A stretch of DNA of 63,909 nucleotides, filler included, from Lenisia limosa (taxonomy: Eukaryota; Protista; Breviatea), in assembly GCA_001655205.1 (NCBI GenBank). It is 15 parts of 15 records of this genome, joined end to end, with 100 filler letters (N's around TTAATTAATTAA, not from the genome) between each part and the next. Parts side by side here need not be neighbours in the genome. Positions count along the whole stretch, not along the records: positions 44,992 to 50,401 come from LPNZ01001046.1; positions 50,502 to 57,236 come from LPNZ01010333.1; positions 57,337 to 61,336 come from LPNZ01000960.1; positions 61,437 to 62,789 come from LPNZ01008326.1; 11 more parts are not named here. The stretch is one strand, 5' to 3'. How positions within the stretch are numbered: position 1 is the stretch's first letter; each line of letters starts with the position of its first letter. The notes under the pieces were generated by a model that worked only from the letters and a program-made list of their open reading frames with translations, was not told the DNA's origin and searched no databases. A program made the translations under genes and the position numbers. This document shows positions 48,401 through 61,589 of the stretch, one piece after another.

Positions 48401-49230
48401 CATGAAGGTTTGTGAGGTTGTGATTCCAAAAATAAACAATGACAGGGGTGAGAAATCAGAAATCACCGTCTAGTTATACAATTTAAATCCAAAGCCGTAA
48501 TCGTTGGGGGTTCCTATTGTGAGAAAAGTATTTAACTAGAATTACACTCTCATGGTTGTCATTGCCTTCACCTCTGAGCAGCGTTTTGACAAACTTATTT
48601 AAGACTTAAATCTTTTAATAAGCCCTCTTTTTGTGTTGTTGTTTTCAAACCTGAGTTTCCGAATGTTAACGAGTTGATTTTATATTTTGTGTTGCTTAAA
48701 TATCCACTTTTACCCCAGAGCGGTCAGCATGCCAGCAGTTCGGACTTCCAAGCTCGTCACGTGCAGTTTATCACCCGCGGAGCCCTAACTGCAAAAATGG
48801 CTGCTGTCACCCCCAAAGGGTAGTTCAATTGTCTTTTGTATCCAGTTATTGTGAGATTTAGAAATTATATCATTGTTTATGTACATCGTTTTATGTTTTT
48901 GTTGTGTTTTAAGTTGTGAATAATATATTCAATTTTGAAATATTACACTGTTCCCAAATACAAACCTTAACACTTAAAATAGTAATACGGTAACAAGGTT
49001 ATCCTCTAGGAATACAAAACTATAAATAGTAGAAATTGTTACAAATTATATAGGTATAACAAACCTTGAGGAGAAATAATCCAGGCTTTTCAGATGATTC
49101 ATTTGTATAATTCGAGGATAATTGCAGACTAATATTACTGGCTTTTTGTCAGATTAATTTTCATTTGCTTTAGTTCGAGGAGGCTTGAGTTTCCCAAATA
49201 TTCTACCGCCTTATGTCTACATTTGGTCTT
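45490..49230 (+). CDS. Unidentified multi-exon protein with a long Ser/Pro-rich low-complexity exon
   Basis: Successive GT-AG exons (EAHVSHWHLPTQLIYPRF, GSIVHFVRDYGWPQYSIR, GPFFRFTPVSSMLSSQS), a ~520-bp S/P-rich exon at about 46971-47489, then EPELLPPSYFPAPG and EWWNGVTKVLKR. Confidence 0.55.
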
Positions 49231-52200
49231 CTTTATTTGCGGGAAGATCAAGATAAATTATTTATACTATTTCGTTATCATCATTTCACAAGCAAAATTT
49301 CGATTAGATATTGGAGAAATGGAATCTGGAATCTGGAAATCTGGAACATATTAATTTCCGATATTGAAAATTGACTGTTTTATGATTCCCTTTCTATGTT
49401 TTACTCCGTTTGAGTAGTTGGAATGCTTGTTTTATCAATGTTCTTGATATTTCAGATTATGATATGATATACGGTGTTTTGTCAATGTTCCAGATATTCT
49501 AGATTATGATTTATTATGCTTTATGTTTTATCAATGTTCAATATTCCGGAAAAAATGTTCCTGCTACTAGAAAAACATCAGATTCCAGATTCCAGATTTT
49601 TTTCAAGACTCTTTTCCGAATTCTTTCCAGATTTCATATTTCCCTTTCACCCAATGCATGCATATGCAAAAAAGAAGCCTGTGTGACATTTCAGCACTTA
49701 GGAAAATTGTGAGGCGTATCGAGTCCGATATCCGAAATTATCACCCATTCCTATAAAAGGAAACTTGGTTTGGTTTCGGTTTAAGAATGCTCATAATGTG
49801 GTTTTTTAGCGAAACATAATCAAATCCATAGGTTTCTAGAGAAATTATATTCCAGTATATCGTTTTTTATGAGGTTTGATCATCTAGAAATACAAATAAT
49901 CACATATATCTACCAATTCCATATTTATACAGATTTAACACATTCTTCACGAGTAGACCAGAGAATTGAGGACTAACCTGGCTTGAAGCCGCTAAGCAGA
50001 AACTAAACCAACTTAACCGAATTTTATTGAAAATATCTTTAAATAATTAATAATACGTGCTGGAAGGAGATGGAAAAGCCTTATTCTAAGTGTTCCGGCA
50101 TCCACAGATTTCCCAGTCCTCCACAGATTTCTCGGGCCAGAGTTTTCCCGGTCTGTGGTCTGTCTTCGGAGGGTCGTAGTGGTCGTCCTTTCCTTTCACA
50201 CTTTCTCATTTATACATTTGAAACAGTGTTTGTGTATAATTGTTCACAGGGTTTAGTTGACAATTAAGTGGACCGAACAACACAGGTGCATACCCTCTAT
50301 CCTCTCCTCAAGTTATCATTTTCCTCTTCGTGTTCATCAAGGGCTTGTTTCTCAGAATGGACGTCTCCACCGCAGTCATTGGCACTGTCGCCATTGGAGC
50401 ANNNNNNNNNNNNNNNNNNNNNNNNNNNNNNNNNNNNNNNNNNNNTTAATTAATTAANNNNNNNNNNNNNNNNNNNNNNNNNNNNNNNNNNNNNNNNNNN
50501 NATTAATGTATACATAGCACATTAAAGTCATGATGAGTGCAGCTCCTTGCCAGGAAGGTACTAGGGAAACGAAAAAAAAATGAAAAAAAAATTATGAAAC
50601 AAAAAGCCAAATTAATTTTGTCTATCTCCATGCTCTCCTACATGCAGCATCCCAACGGTCCCGAGCGCGTATGGAGGCAAGGGATCGTTTTCCATAGAAC
50701 ATGAGCAGAACGGTCCTCCCATTTCTGAGGGAGTTACGCATTACAAAATGTAATAATTGTAATCAGACAAACACATTATATGAAATATCTACCATCACCT
50801 CCTACTATACTAAACTAGATTGCACGCAAGCACAAAAAAACATAACATCCTCAACCATAATTGTTTCTATCACCCACCATTCCATAATAACATAGATCAT
50901 CAAAATCAGCAATAAAGCTGCGTGATATTGTTTGTTTTGGATTTCCCAAAAAGTGAGACTCTAACTATTATATTCTCTCGACTGAATTTACTCCATTTTC
51001 TCGTTCTTAAAAACCATAGCTAACAACATGGCCGGCAGACCTGGATAATTCCTCGGGTTCTATAGAGCTCTCAATTTCGGGGAATGTGGACGAAAACGTC
51101 CTNNNNNNNNNNNNNNNNNNNNNNNNNNNNNNNNNNNNNNNNNNNNNNNNNNNNNNNNNNNNNNNNNNNNNNNNNNNNNCTGTTATGAAGACAGTAGATT
51201 ATGGGGCCTAAGCCGTCCATATCATCACACGTATAAGAGATATTGGACTAATATAAAAATGCAGACAGTACACATAACAGGGAATTGGCAATATAGCAGA
51301 ACAAAAAATAGTCAAGAACACGAAAAAGATAGGGGGGGAAAAAACATCATGACAAAAAAGCACATGAAGGTGGTACTGGCAAGTTTCAGTGATGTTGTAC
51401 AGTAACCTCCGGATTAACACTATTAACATATAACAAGGGATCCGTCTAATTAATTTTGTGAGGAAATTAATTGACAAAATTAGAAATTAAAGTGTCTGGA
51501 ATAGGATTCTCGTTACACTATGTTCGACTTCAAATTTTGAATTTAATTTTCCAATTTATTACACGGAACCCATATTATCACACCTCATTTCCACATCTCT
51601 CTCATATACCAGGCCTACAGCCGTTGAAAACCGTCTATGACACCATCACAGGCTACATACTTCTCCCTGACGGCGCCCTTCCGCATGAGTGGCAGTGTCG
51701 GGCGTGGGACGCAATGTCCTCTTGAACACTCCCACCCCCAACATAATACACCACGTGACAGCCGTAGTTTTATTTTGGTGGAGTAATACCTGGAGCTTGG
51801 CATTGTATGATATACACTTATTATAAATGATAGGAACTGGTACGAGAGCAGGACGTAGTTTTTGGGCGTAACATTAACGCTCAGACAAGTCTTCAGTCCA
51901 CTGAAAGGTCGGTTGGTTTCGGGTCTGGTTATTTTGTAGAACAATAGTCCGTCTCACTGAACCGAAATTGAGACAGTTTGTCGCAAAACAGCGCCACCTG
52001 GAACGTATGGCCTAGAGAATCCCCCACCCTCTGCCTGAACCGAAAGGTTGGTAGCCATGTGTTTTCGTTCAACTCTTATATCTATTTAAAAGTTTTTTTG
52101 GCATTTGTATTGACGCATGGCTTGTCGGAGATGGAGCCCCAGGCTCAACGCGCAATTGGTACTGTTGTCTTTTCAAGCACTTATATGACAAAATCCACTT

Positions 52201-53039
52201 CTCCACCTTCTGTTGTTTCACCATCTATACACAGGACAACAAAGAAATACAGCATATTTTTAACGAGACTAAAACCCTACTTTTGTTTATTATTTAGAAT
52301 GCGATAGATGCGGCTGCCCATGTTGCCCTGTGCCTTTCACAGCTGGACTTTAAAGTCATATCTTCCGCCTTGTGTTCTGTTCTTTGAAATCTCTTCTTTA
52401 CAATGGCAGGCCTATTATATATTTGGCTATGTACAGAGCCACCAAAAAAGAGTGATATTGCTGTTAATGCAGTGAAAGCATTCAAGGCACTGACAAATGG
52501 TGACCGGCTTTACCCCGAGCATTCACCAGAGTAGGCTGAGGAATGTGTTGGGTGGTACATACATGCCAATTTTTTTTAAGCTTACATGGATGAGTAATCC
52601 CAAACCTAAATGCACAATTAAAACCACCCATATTCATGATATTGCACAATATTGGCAGAGCGAATTCGGTTTTTGGTGTTTGTTGGTGATTACATCATTT
52701 AGAAACTTACTCTTCAAAGATGGGAAATAAGGAAACAGAAGAGGTCAAATATGAAAACAGCAAAGAGAACAAGTTAAAAACAATCAAAAATTCAAGAGGG
52801 GGGGGGGTNNNNNNNNNNNNNNNNNNNNNNNNNNNNNNNNNNNNNNNNNNNNNNNNNNNNNNNNNNNNNNNNNNNNNNNNNNNNNNNNNNNNNNNNNNNN
52901 NNNNNNNNNNNNNNNNNNNNNNNNNNNNNNNNNNNNNNNNNNNNNNNNNNNNNNNNNNNNNNNNNNNNNNNNNNNNNNNNNNNNNNNNNNNNNNNNNNNN
53001 NNNNNNNNNNNNNNNNNNNNNNATATAATACCCCCCCAC

Positions 53040-54239
53040 GGTATCATATTGCTGACGTGTCACGGGGTCCTTAAGTACTTCATAGGCCTCATTGACCCGT
53101 CGGAACTCCTCGTCCGAGCCGCCTTTATCAGGATGACTGGAGGGGGGGGGGGGGNNNNNNNNNNNNNNNNNNNNNNNNNNNNNNNNNNNNNNNNNNNNNN
53201 NNNNNNNNNNNNNNNNNNNNNNNNNNNNNNNNNNNNNNNAAAAAAACCCAATCTGTTGGCTGACAACAAACGAGGGTTAATAACAGCAAAACAACAAAGC
53301 CCAGACCAGTCGCTTCTGCAGCGCCGCATGTAATGGGGGGAGTAAATAGGGAAATAATTGAAACCAACAGGAGGCTTAACCTTTTACAGAGGGTTAAAAA
53401 AAACTGAGGAGATAAAATCGGCGAAACTGGGAGCTGAACAATTGTTGCGAACAAACTCAGCCCATATGCGGTACTTCACCTTCCCTATGATTAGGAAACA
53501 GGGCTGTTATTAAGGTGACGGATCCATGGTGGATGTCTTATTATTTACGTTATACTTCTATTATTCCAAAAATTGGAGGTATGGTATTTTGTTAATGGTA
53601 TCCCTATGTAGTTATTTGTTTCCCTAAATTTCTAATGTAGACTATTTCTCTTTTAAAAAAAAAACAGATGAGCCAGTTTAAGGTAAATAATTGGAAAATT
53701 GTAAAATTTGAGTAAACTCCATTTTAGGTACTGTATTTTGTCAAATTAGGTCAATCAATTTCGGTCACACGGAGCCCTATGAATAATGCATGCTTTCGAG
53801 GCATAAGGTTCTTGGCCGCTGAGGGTTGGAAACTTTCTCAACAAAAAGTCCTAACTCTCCAATATTTCAATTACCATCTCGGAGCAAAGTCGTAGAAAAT
53901 TATGGGTTCCAACAATTCTAACCCTGTAGACATGTACCAACAATGTTAGTGATGGTGTGGACGGCTTCGGCCAGTTACAACCTTGTTTATTTCTCATCTC
54001 TATGTATATATAGTATAACAACAATGTCGAACTATTTCCCTAGATTTCTCATGAATATTATTTCTCAAAACAAAATTCATCAAGCACCCCACCAACGTCA
54101 CTGAAACCTTCTGGCGATAGGCCTTCTTGATCTCACTCTCACTAGCATCCTTGGAGATCCCAAGAACTCTGTATGGGTTTTCTGCCGCAAAACACAGGCA
54201 GAAAAGCGTGAGGAGGACAGTGATCACCAAGAGCTTCAT
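53040..54239 (-). CDS. DnaJ/Hsp40 protein with N-terminal signal peptide (ER-lumenal ERdj type), 5' part; further exons probably continue toward ~50.5 kb
   Basis: Exon 54108-54239 reads MKLLVITVLLTLFCLCFAAENPYRVLGISKDASESEIKKAYRQK. Exon 53040-53136 reads HPDKGGSDEEFRRVNEAYEVLKDPVTRQQYDT, with the HPD motif intact. Confidence 0.88.
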
Positions 54240-54790
54240 CTAGAGGAAGTTATGGTAAAGGCTGATGTTCCATTGTAACAACGTGAAGAACTGAGTAGAG
54301 TATTTATTCACTCTAAACAATTGAGGGAGGGGGGAGCTGAAAGGGATCTGGTTACGTCATAATAATACACAATCCTGCAGTTGAAAATGGGGAAAGGGTG
54401 TTTGCGCCCAGTTTGGAATTTGAATCGATAATTTGGTTAATAGTGGACATTTCAGTCCCCCTACCTTGAGATGCGATCAAAAATCAAAACGACTAAAGCT
54501 CAAAGATTACATCTTCCTTCAAGAATTTTTCTCTCTATCTCTATCTATCTATACAATACACACACTTTTTTGCTTGCTTGCTTGTCAATTGCTTGTTGTT
54601 TTCCTTGTTCCTTCCTAGTTACAACCTAGTTATTCCTTTTATCAGCAATAATACACCCCCAGAGTTTATCTTTATCAAATTTTTTGTGGTTTTCTAGCCT
54701 CTTCCTCCCCTCTCCTGTATGCGTCTGTGTTAGTTAAATAAATACCACACGGTCTATACCGCAAGTCCGTCCTGTAGTCAGGGGTTAACC

Positions 54791-56173
54791 ATGGAAGATA
54801 TTGACGACTTTCATCGTCTTGACAGAGACGAAGACGAAGACGAAGATGAAGGGTACATGGAAGATGCCAAAGGCAAGGAGAAGGATGAATCTCGTCGGTT
54901 CTGGTGCTGCTACCTTCTCACATCTGCCAACCCCAAGTTCAAAGATCACACCTATATTGGCTTTACGATTGACCCAATGAGACGGTTTGATGGGTATATT
55001 ATTATTCTTAATGGTATTCTTGATTTTTAAAATTTTTCTTTTCAAGTTGATAATTATATATTTGAAATCTGCTTTGTTGGAATTGAAACTCATTTCAGAT
55101 ATTAATATCACAAATTAAAGACTCATTATATTCATCACATCTTTCGGATAATTCTACAATCCTGTTCCGACAGAGGAGAATACTTCCTCAGCTTTGTTTG
55201 TATATTGAATTATGTATATTAATTCCTGTACTCACAGCTTTTTGCATGCCTCCCCAGCGTAATCAATCACACATATCCCACCTCAATAAATAAACAACTT
55301 TCAATTCATCGTTCACACACATTTCAGAAAATTAGTCACAAATTTCATTACACGGACTATACCATTTTAGCAATTTTTAAATTTCTATATCTTATAAACA
55401 GCTCCATCCTTATTTCGTCAGCATATGAATCTAATAAATCACTGTATCAAGATAACCCCATCATAATCCAGATACCACTGATAAATCTCCATCCATATAC
55501 ATACATACCACCAGTATAACGAATCTAATAAATCACACATTACAGATATCGTCAGCATAATGGTGACATTAAGGGTGGCGCCACGAAGACGTCAAAAAAG
55601 CAGCCTTGGTATTGGGGGGTAACATACGATATCATATATATGATATATACCACTAGCCTTGGTACTGGGCTATCCGATGAACAGTCTTCTCCCCTCATTC
55701 CTACCATGATCATTGTTGTTGCAATTGTGTGATCGATACTCTCACCCCCAATATTTTTAACGATCTTTTGGGACCGGAGTGAAGCCTTGCTCATCCCCCA
55801 GGAACATTGTTGCAATTGTATCCGGCTTCCCCAGCAAGCACATGGGACTTCAGTTCGAATTCAATTGGACGTACCCTACAAAGTCTGAGAAAACCCTTTC
55901 CATCCACGAAAATATGCTAAAAAAGGTTTGCCCTGTCTTATCATATCATATAATACTTTATGAAACTAGATGATATGTGTAGATATAATATGACAGACTC
56001 TTTGAAATTTCATTTCAGGCACTGTAATTTCAAACTTTGTCAACAACTAATTGAACAGAGTACCATGAGTGTATTAATTGCACTTTTTGACGATTTTAGG
56101 TGGGGAAACATCACCACCTCAAAGCAAGGCTCCACATCTTGACCCAACTCTTCTTCATTGAACCTTTTAATCG
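54791..56173 (+). CDS. SLX1: Structure-specific endonuclease subunit SLX1 (GIY-YIG), first four exons; 3' end in gap
   Basis: Exons 54791-54984, 55546-55608, 55802-55925 and 56100-56173 give FWCCYLLTSANPKFKDHTYIGFTIDPMRR|YRQHNGDIKGGATKTSKKQPW|NIVAIVSGFPSKHMGLQFEFNWTYP...|LKARLHILTQLFFIEPFNR. Confidence 0.9.
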
Positions 56174-56744
56174 GTATGAGTTTCCTGGGGTACCTTTTGT
56201 CGAAGCCTTGGGGAATATTATTATACTGTAATCCAATCTCAAAACGCTATAATGTAGATGGCTTTGGCCAGATACTATATTTAGATTTATCATCTTGGCT
56301 TATTTCTGGGTACTATAGGACGGACGCTTTTAATGAGCATCCTCGATTTTCATTTCACGATGGATGCGGTGCTGCANNNNNNNNNNNNNNNNNNNNNNNN
56401 NNNNNNNNNNNNNNNNNNNNNNNNNNNNNNNNNNNNNNNNNNNNNNNNNNNNNNNNNNNNNNNNNNNNNNNNNNNNNNNNNNNNNNNNNNNNNNNNNNNN
56501 NNNNNNNNNNNNNNNNNNNNNNNNNNNNNNNNNNNNNNNNNNNNNNNNNNNNNNNNNNNNNNNNNNNNNNNNNNNNNNNNNNNNNNNNNNNNNTATGATG
56601 TAGGCAAATAAAGCTGGCAAAGCGTTTTATTTCCTCTCAAGATTTTTTTATGTCTATTATTATTGCAAAGTTGACTCGATCGATAAACCCTCGATAAATA
56701 TCGATATTTCAGCCATATTTTGGAAACGAAAGTGAACCTCCACT

Positions 56745-56844
56745 TTGTGCTTCACTTCGGTTCAAAAAAGACCGGTAAAATATCGATAGTTTTCGATGAT
56801 TTATTGAGAAATTCAGTCTGTTTTGGAACCGAAGCGAAGCCCTA
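56745..56844. mobile_element. Family A MITE with a perfect 8-bp target-site duplication
   Basis: CCTCCACT at 56737-56744 and again at 56845-56852 flanks the TIRs exactly. Confidence 0.9.
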
Positions 56845-56985
56845 CCTCCACTGACCCAGCCAGCCCCACGACCAAGCTTCCGAGCCACATTAAGTTCGTT
56901 TTTGGGCCCTTCAGCAGCCTCACGGCAAAGAATAAGCCCACAGTCTCACCCGTGCCGGCAAACCCGGAAGTATGCGGGGGGTGAG

Positions 56986-57076
56986 CAGGGCTTCACTTCG
57001 GTTCGAAAAAAGACGGAATTTCTAAATCCTCGAAAACTATCGATATCGGTTTTTTTTGAACCGAAGTGAAGCCCAA
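56986..57076. mobile_element. Family A MITE with a 7/8 target-site duplication
   Basis: GGGGTGAG (56978-56985) and GGGGTGAA (57077-57084) flank the element. Confidence 0.9.
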
Positions 57077-60000
57077 GGGGTGAAAAGCTATTTTTATTTC
57101 CTCACTATTTTTTATTAATTTTATTTGTTGGTCAAGTTTGCTATTGTAATTGACATCTTAGAGGGTATGCAGGTGGGATACGTAGGAAGTATTGGGGGGG
57201 GGGTAGATAAGGGAGGAGATCCGGAAGTCTGTTAGANNNNNNNNNNNNNNNNNNNNNNNNNNNNNNNNNNNNNNNNNNNNTTAATTAATTAANNNNNNNN
57301 NNNNNNNNNNNNNNNNNNNNNNNNNNNNNNNNNNNNTTGCACTGAATAACATGAAAAGCAACAACATGCAATTTTAATGTTTGCTTGCGAATATGGAGAT
57401 AAACTTGTTAGAGCAAGATATATATTTAAGAAATTAAAACATAATAAACATAAAAACAAATGACCATAATCCGTCACTTGACCACTTTCACTGTATTATA
57501 TGAACTGATGACAGGTCAATGTTTACCAAGTCATCCTGAAATCTGAAAGTCAATGTTTACCAAGGCACTACTAAATCTGATTTAAGGTCAGACTTACAAC
57601 GGTCACTTTATGAGTAGTATCATGTCTTGAAATATGATTTCACCAGGAAAATCGGTCAAGACTTAGCGACTGTATATATTACATGATTAGTGCAGGGGCC
57701 GAGAATGGAATTTCAACTCATAAAACATCCAAGTTAATGCACCGTGGGATGATACAGAATAGTATTTGGCAATATATTAAAAACAAACAACACTAAGAAC
57801 TAAACACGCGTCTAAATCTTTGGAATGAAGACAAGGTGGGGTGATATGTCTGAAAAGATGAGTGGACTTGTTGGGAATGTGGGAAAAAAGTAACTAATAA
57901 TCGTCATATGAACTTCAAAAAGAATAAACCCAAACAAGAGATAATTGAAAACAGTTTTTGAAAACAGAACTGTCATCGTCAAATCAAAGAAGAAAAGTGA
58001 AAAAGAATATTGGCACGTGGATTATATAAGTAGCTTGATTTGATGTTGTTTGATGAATAAGCATCATGAATATAATTCATTATCTTCATTTAATATTTGT
58101 TTCTTTGTTTTGGTCTCCACCAACAAGGCCAAATTTTACAAGTTGCGATAGTGGTAGGAGACAACTCATTGTCCGTAGAGTAGGATTATATAAGTATTAG
58201 AGCTTGATTTTTGATGTTTCTAGATGTATACGCACAGCATCATGAACGTAAGCTTCATTTTATATTTGTTTATTTGTTTTGGTCTAAATAGAAGATGTTG
58301 GCTGCGGCGATACCCGATGAGATACGAGATCAAAGATCAAACTCACTTGTACCGTAAAAGGCAAGTTACTGTTCCAACCAAATTTGGAAATTCTCCAGAT
58401 TTAATGTTTTTTTTTGAATTTTGAAACTTTGAATCATACCAACAATGAAAACAGAGGGATAGCTCCCCAGGTGTATTCAAAAGAGTGTTTATCTTTTTAA
58501 CCTTTTTCTTTGCACATGTCTTTATTTTGTTGTTGTTGTTATATCTTGGCGGCTACAGCAATGAAGGAGAAGGAAAAGAGAAACACATGCAAATACAAAA
58601 GAATGTGTCGAAGGTGAAAACGACGTCGTACAGGCGCCAACGGCCACAGAGGCGTTGGACTTCTGCGAACTAACATATAATATATTTTATTTATCACATA
58701 CAGAAGATGAAGAGAAGAAGGGTGGAGGCGCCGTACTGCCAACGGCCACAGGGGCGCATGGGCTTTCGCCAACTAGCAAGGTGAAGTTTTAATCGGAAGG
58801 AGTATGGGAGACGGGGTGGAGGGCGCCGCAAATTTTTGTGGAGGGGTTTAGATGTTTATGCATTTAAACCATCATTTTCATTGTCAAAGGTGATTCATTA
58901 TTCCGCGCTGACCCTTGGAAATTGTAAATGTCCCCTGAGGTTTTGATAACCCAACGCCCACCTTGAGTTGTGATATCATCTTTCTGAAGACAATTGACAG
59001 TTTCAGTGTACACGTGATGAGTTGCTTGGCCATCCTAAAAGTATAAGTACTGATACATAGTTGTTCGTGGAAAAAGCAAAATAAATCAATTTGTTGAAAA
59101 ATGACACAACAAGATAATATTTTCGATCATAATATGAATAATAAGAGGCATACGTGACATAGGATAAGATTAATAATAAGAGGCACATGGCATAGGTAGG
59201 ATTGACACACAACAGATAATATTTTCGATCATTCAAAAAAGGAAGTGATAGACAAGTGCATAAAGCAAGGTCGTCCTGCTTACAAAAGAAGTAATGGTAC
59301 CAGCTGAAGACATTTCGAGCATGAAAGCCTTCTAGAGCTCAAGGGGAGGACCCCAGGCCATTCAGCATATGTTGAGAAAAGCTGTTTACTCTACTCTGAA
59401 GACTTTGTATTTAGAGATCATGATAGTACAGTCCACAGAAACTCTAAATGAAAGGGGCTTAAGCGAAAAAAAGTCACAGTTATATACGGTGGCGCTTGCG
59501 CCAATACTTAAAATCAAATTTCAAAATAGGTTGTGCCCTTTTTTTTAAGTAGTGGTTTATTAAGGAGAGCAGTTAAATAAAATAATGAGGTAAGGGCAGA
59601 GCGACAATGATTCCACAAACGTTCAACTTCGACTGTGCGGAGGTGCGGGACCTCCCGCACCCCTTCCCGCACTCTGGGAAGCGTGAAATGGTAGGATAAG
59701 GGGATCTGGACAAGGAGATTGGTGTACACGCCTATTTTAGCTCTCCACAAGTATCACCTGCTTTCCCCTTTCCTCTGTCTTCCTTTCGTATTCTGCTTCT
59801 TTTTGGTACCGTAACTCTTCAACAGTTTGGCGATAAACGCAATTTTTATTTTCATTTGAAAGACTATTTAGCAAGTCAGCCTTTTTGTGGTCATAAACTC
59901 AACCCCCCTCCTTTTTTGTGTTCTTTTTGCTTGGTTTTAACCCTCGTCTTTTTTGGGACTGTGTGCCCTTGTGGATGCTCCTGAATCTCAGGTTTCTTAT

Positions 60001-60424
60001 CTTGAATTGAAAAGCGCATTTTCTTGTTCTGTAGTAAGATTATCATATATAATTATGAATATCAGTCAGCGTTCTCTTCAATGATATGATTAATTTGCCT
60101 CAGGTATCTGTAGTTTTATTCTTTAACATGCATAATAATAACACCTTCAACTGGAAAAGAATCAACTTCCACAGCTTGCCCCCCTCACAACCACAGCTTG
60201 CCCTATTGAACGATGAAAGACGGTCGAAAAAGCCAGTTGCTCGTCGAACAGTTGACTATCACTCGTCTTGCGCCTTGGATATTCAGGTAGGCTCGTCGTC
60301 ATATACATATGATATACATACTGTACAGTGACCGCGATAAGTCCAAGCACGATTTACTAAAGATAAACTCAATATCCGTGGTAGGACTTATTTTATATAT
60401 ACATATTACATTCTACTATATATC

Positions 60425-60524
60425 TAGAGCTTCACTTCTGTTCAAAAAAAGACTGAATTTCTCGATAAATCATCGAAAACTATCGATATTTTATCGGTCT
60501 TTTTCGAACCGAAGTGAAGCTCTA
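60425..60524. mobile_element. Family A MITE
   Basis: TAGAGCTTCAC ... GTGAAGCTCTA; the same G-to-A variant is present in both TIRs. Confidence 0.85.
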
Positions 60525-61446
60525 AATATATAATTATGCATATCATATATCATATCAGATATATCATGTCTCATATGATATGCATATCGTATTTGNNNNN
60601 NNNNNNNNNNNNNNNNNNNNNNNNNNNNNNNNNNNNNNNNNNNNNNNNNNNNNNNNNNNNNNNNNNNNNNNNNNNNNNNNNNNNNNNNNNNNNNNNNNNN
60701 NNNNNNNNNNNNNNNNNNNNNNNNNNNNNNNNNNNNNNNNNNNNNNNNNNNNNNNNNNNNNNNNNNNNNNNNNNNNNTTTGGCTTTGACCTACCTCCAAG
60801 CCAAAGTGAAAATAATAGTGTAGATATATACTCATAAAGTGTATGATTAAAAATACTTAAAAATGAACTGAACTGGACTGAACTCACATTTCAGCACCGA
60901 GCATTTGAAAGAACGGGTCTAGACTCCCGAGTAGTACAGAACCATGCCGCTTTTAATATTGAGGTGGGGGTGCGGCAAATCAATAATAATGGTCGGCATT
61001 CTCAGATGCGTTGTAATAAACGTGTTGATGTTTACGGCTTTGGCCAACTAGGGATACAATTGTTTTTTTTTGTGTTGACATTACAGGTGAAACCCCCCGC
61101 AGCCTCCCCCACATTTGACCTCCAACAAATTCCCTGCCGGTGAGTTGCTTTTATTTTAAAATATATAATATATGTATAATAATTTTCCAATTCATATATC
61201 CCGCCAATTCCTTATACCCCATCATTTTTCTGAACGAAAATATATGATATTGTAAAAATCTTGGGCAAATTAGATAGTTGACTACATAGACGTATTATAC
61301 ATCCAGTATCATGAGCTTGATGGTGTGGACGGCTTCNNNNNNNNNNNNNNNNNNNNNNNNNNNNNNNNNNNNNNNNNNNNTTAATTAATTAANNNNNNNN
61401 NNNNNNNNNNNNNNNNNNNNNNNNNNNNNNNNNNNNGATTTTAGGT

Positions 61447-61556
61447 TTATCTTTATGAGCCTAGTTTCAATAGAGACTTTATCTTTATGATTTTAGTTTT
61501 GTCTTATGGTCCGAGTTTCAATAGAGACTTAATCTTTATGATCCTAGTTTCAATAG
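61447..61556. repeat. Degenerate tandem repeat with ctagtttcaatagagactt(t/a)atctttatga units
   Basis: Three imperfect copies are directly visible. Confidence 0.7.
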
Positions 61557-61589
61557 TGACTTTCCTGCAAAAAATTAATAATAATGAAG

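Noticed and set aside
56158-56640. ORFs in the track that span N-runs (also 65-466, 52707-53063, 60491-60887 and others)
   Set aside because: They are open only because N codons are not stops.
58539-58790. Two similar GC-rich segments (gccaacggccacag(a/g)ggcg) as a coding repeat or ncRNA
   Set aside because: It is a local imperfect duplication seen only here, with no consistent frame or structure that I can support.
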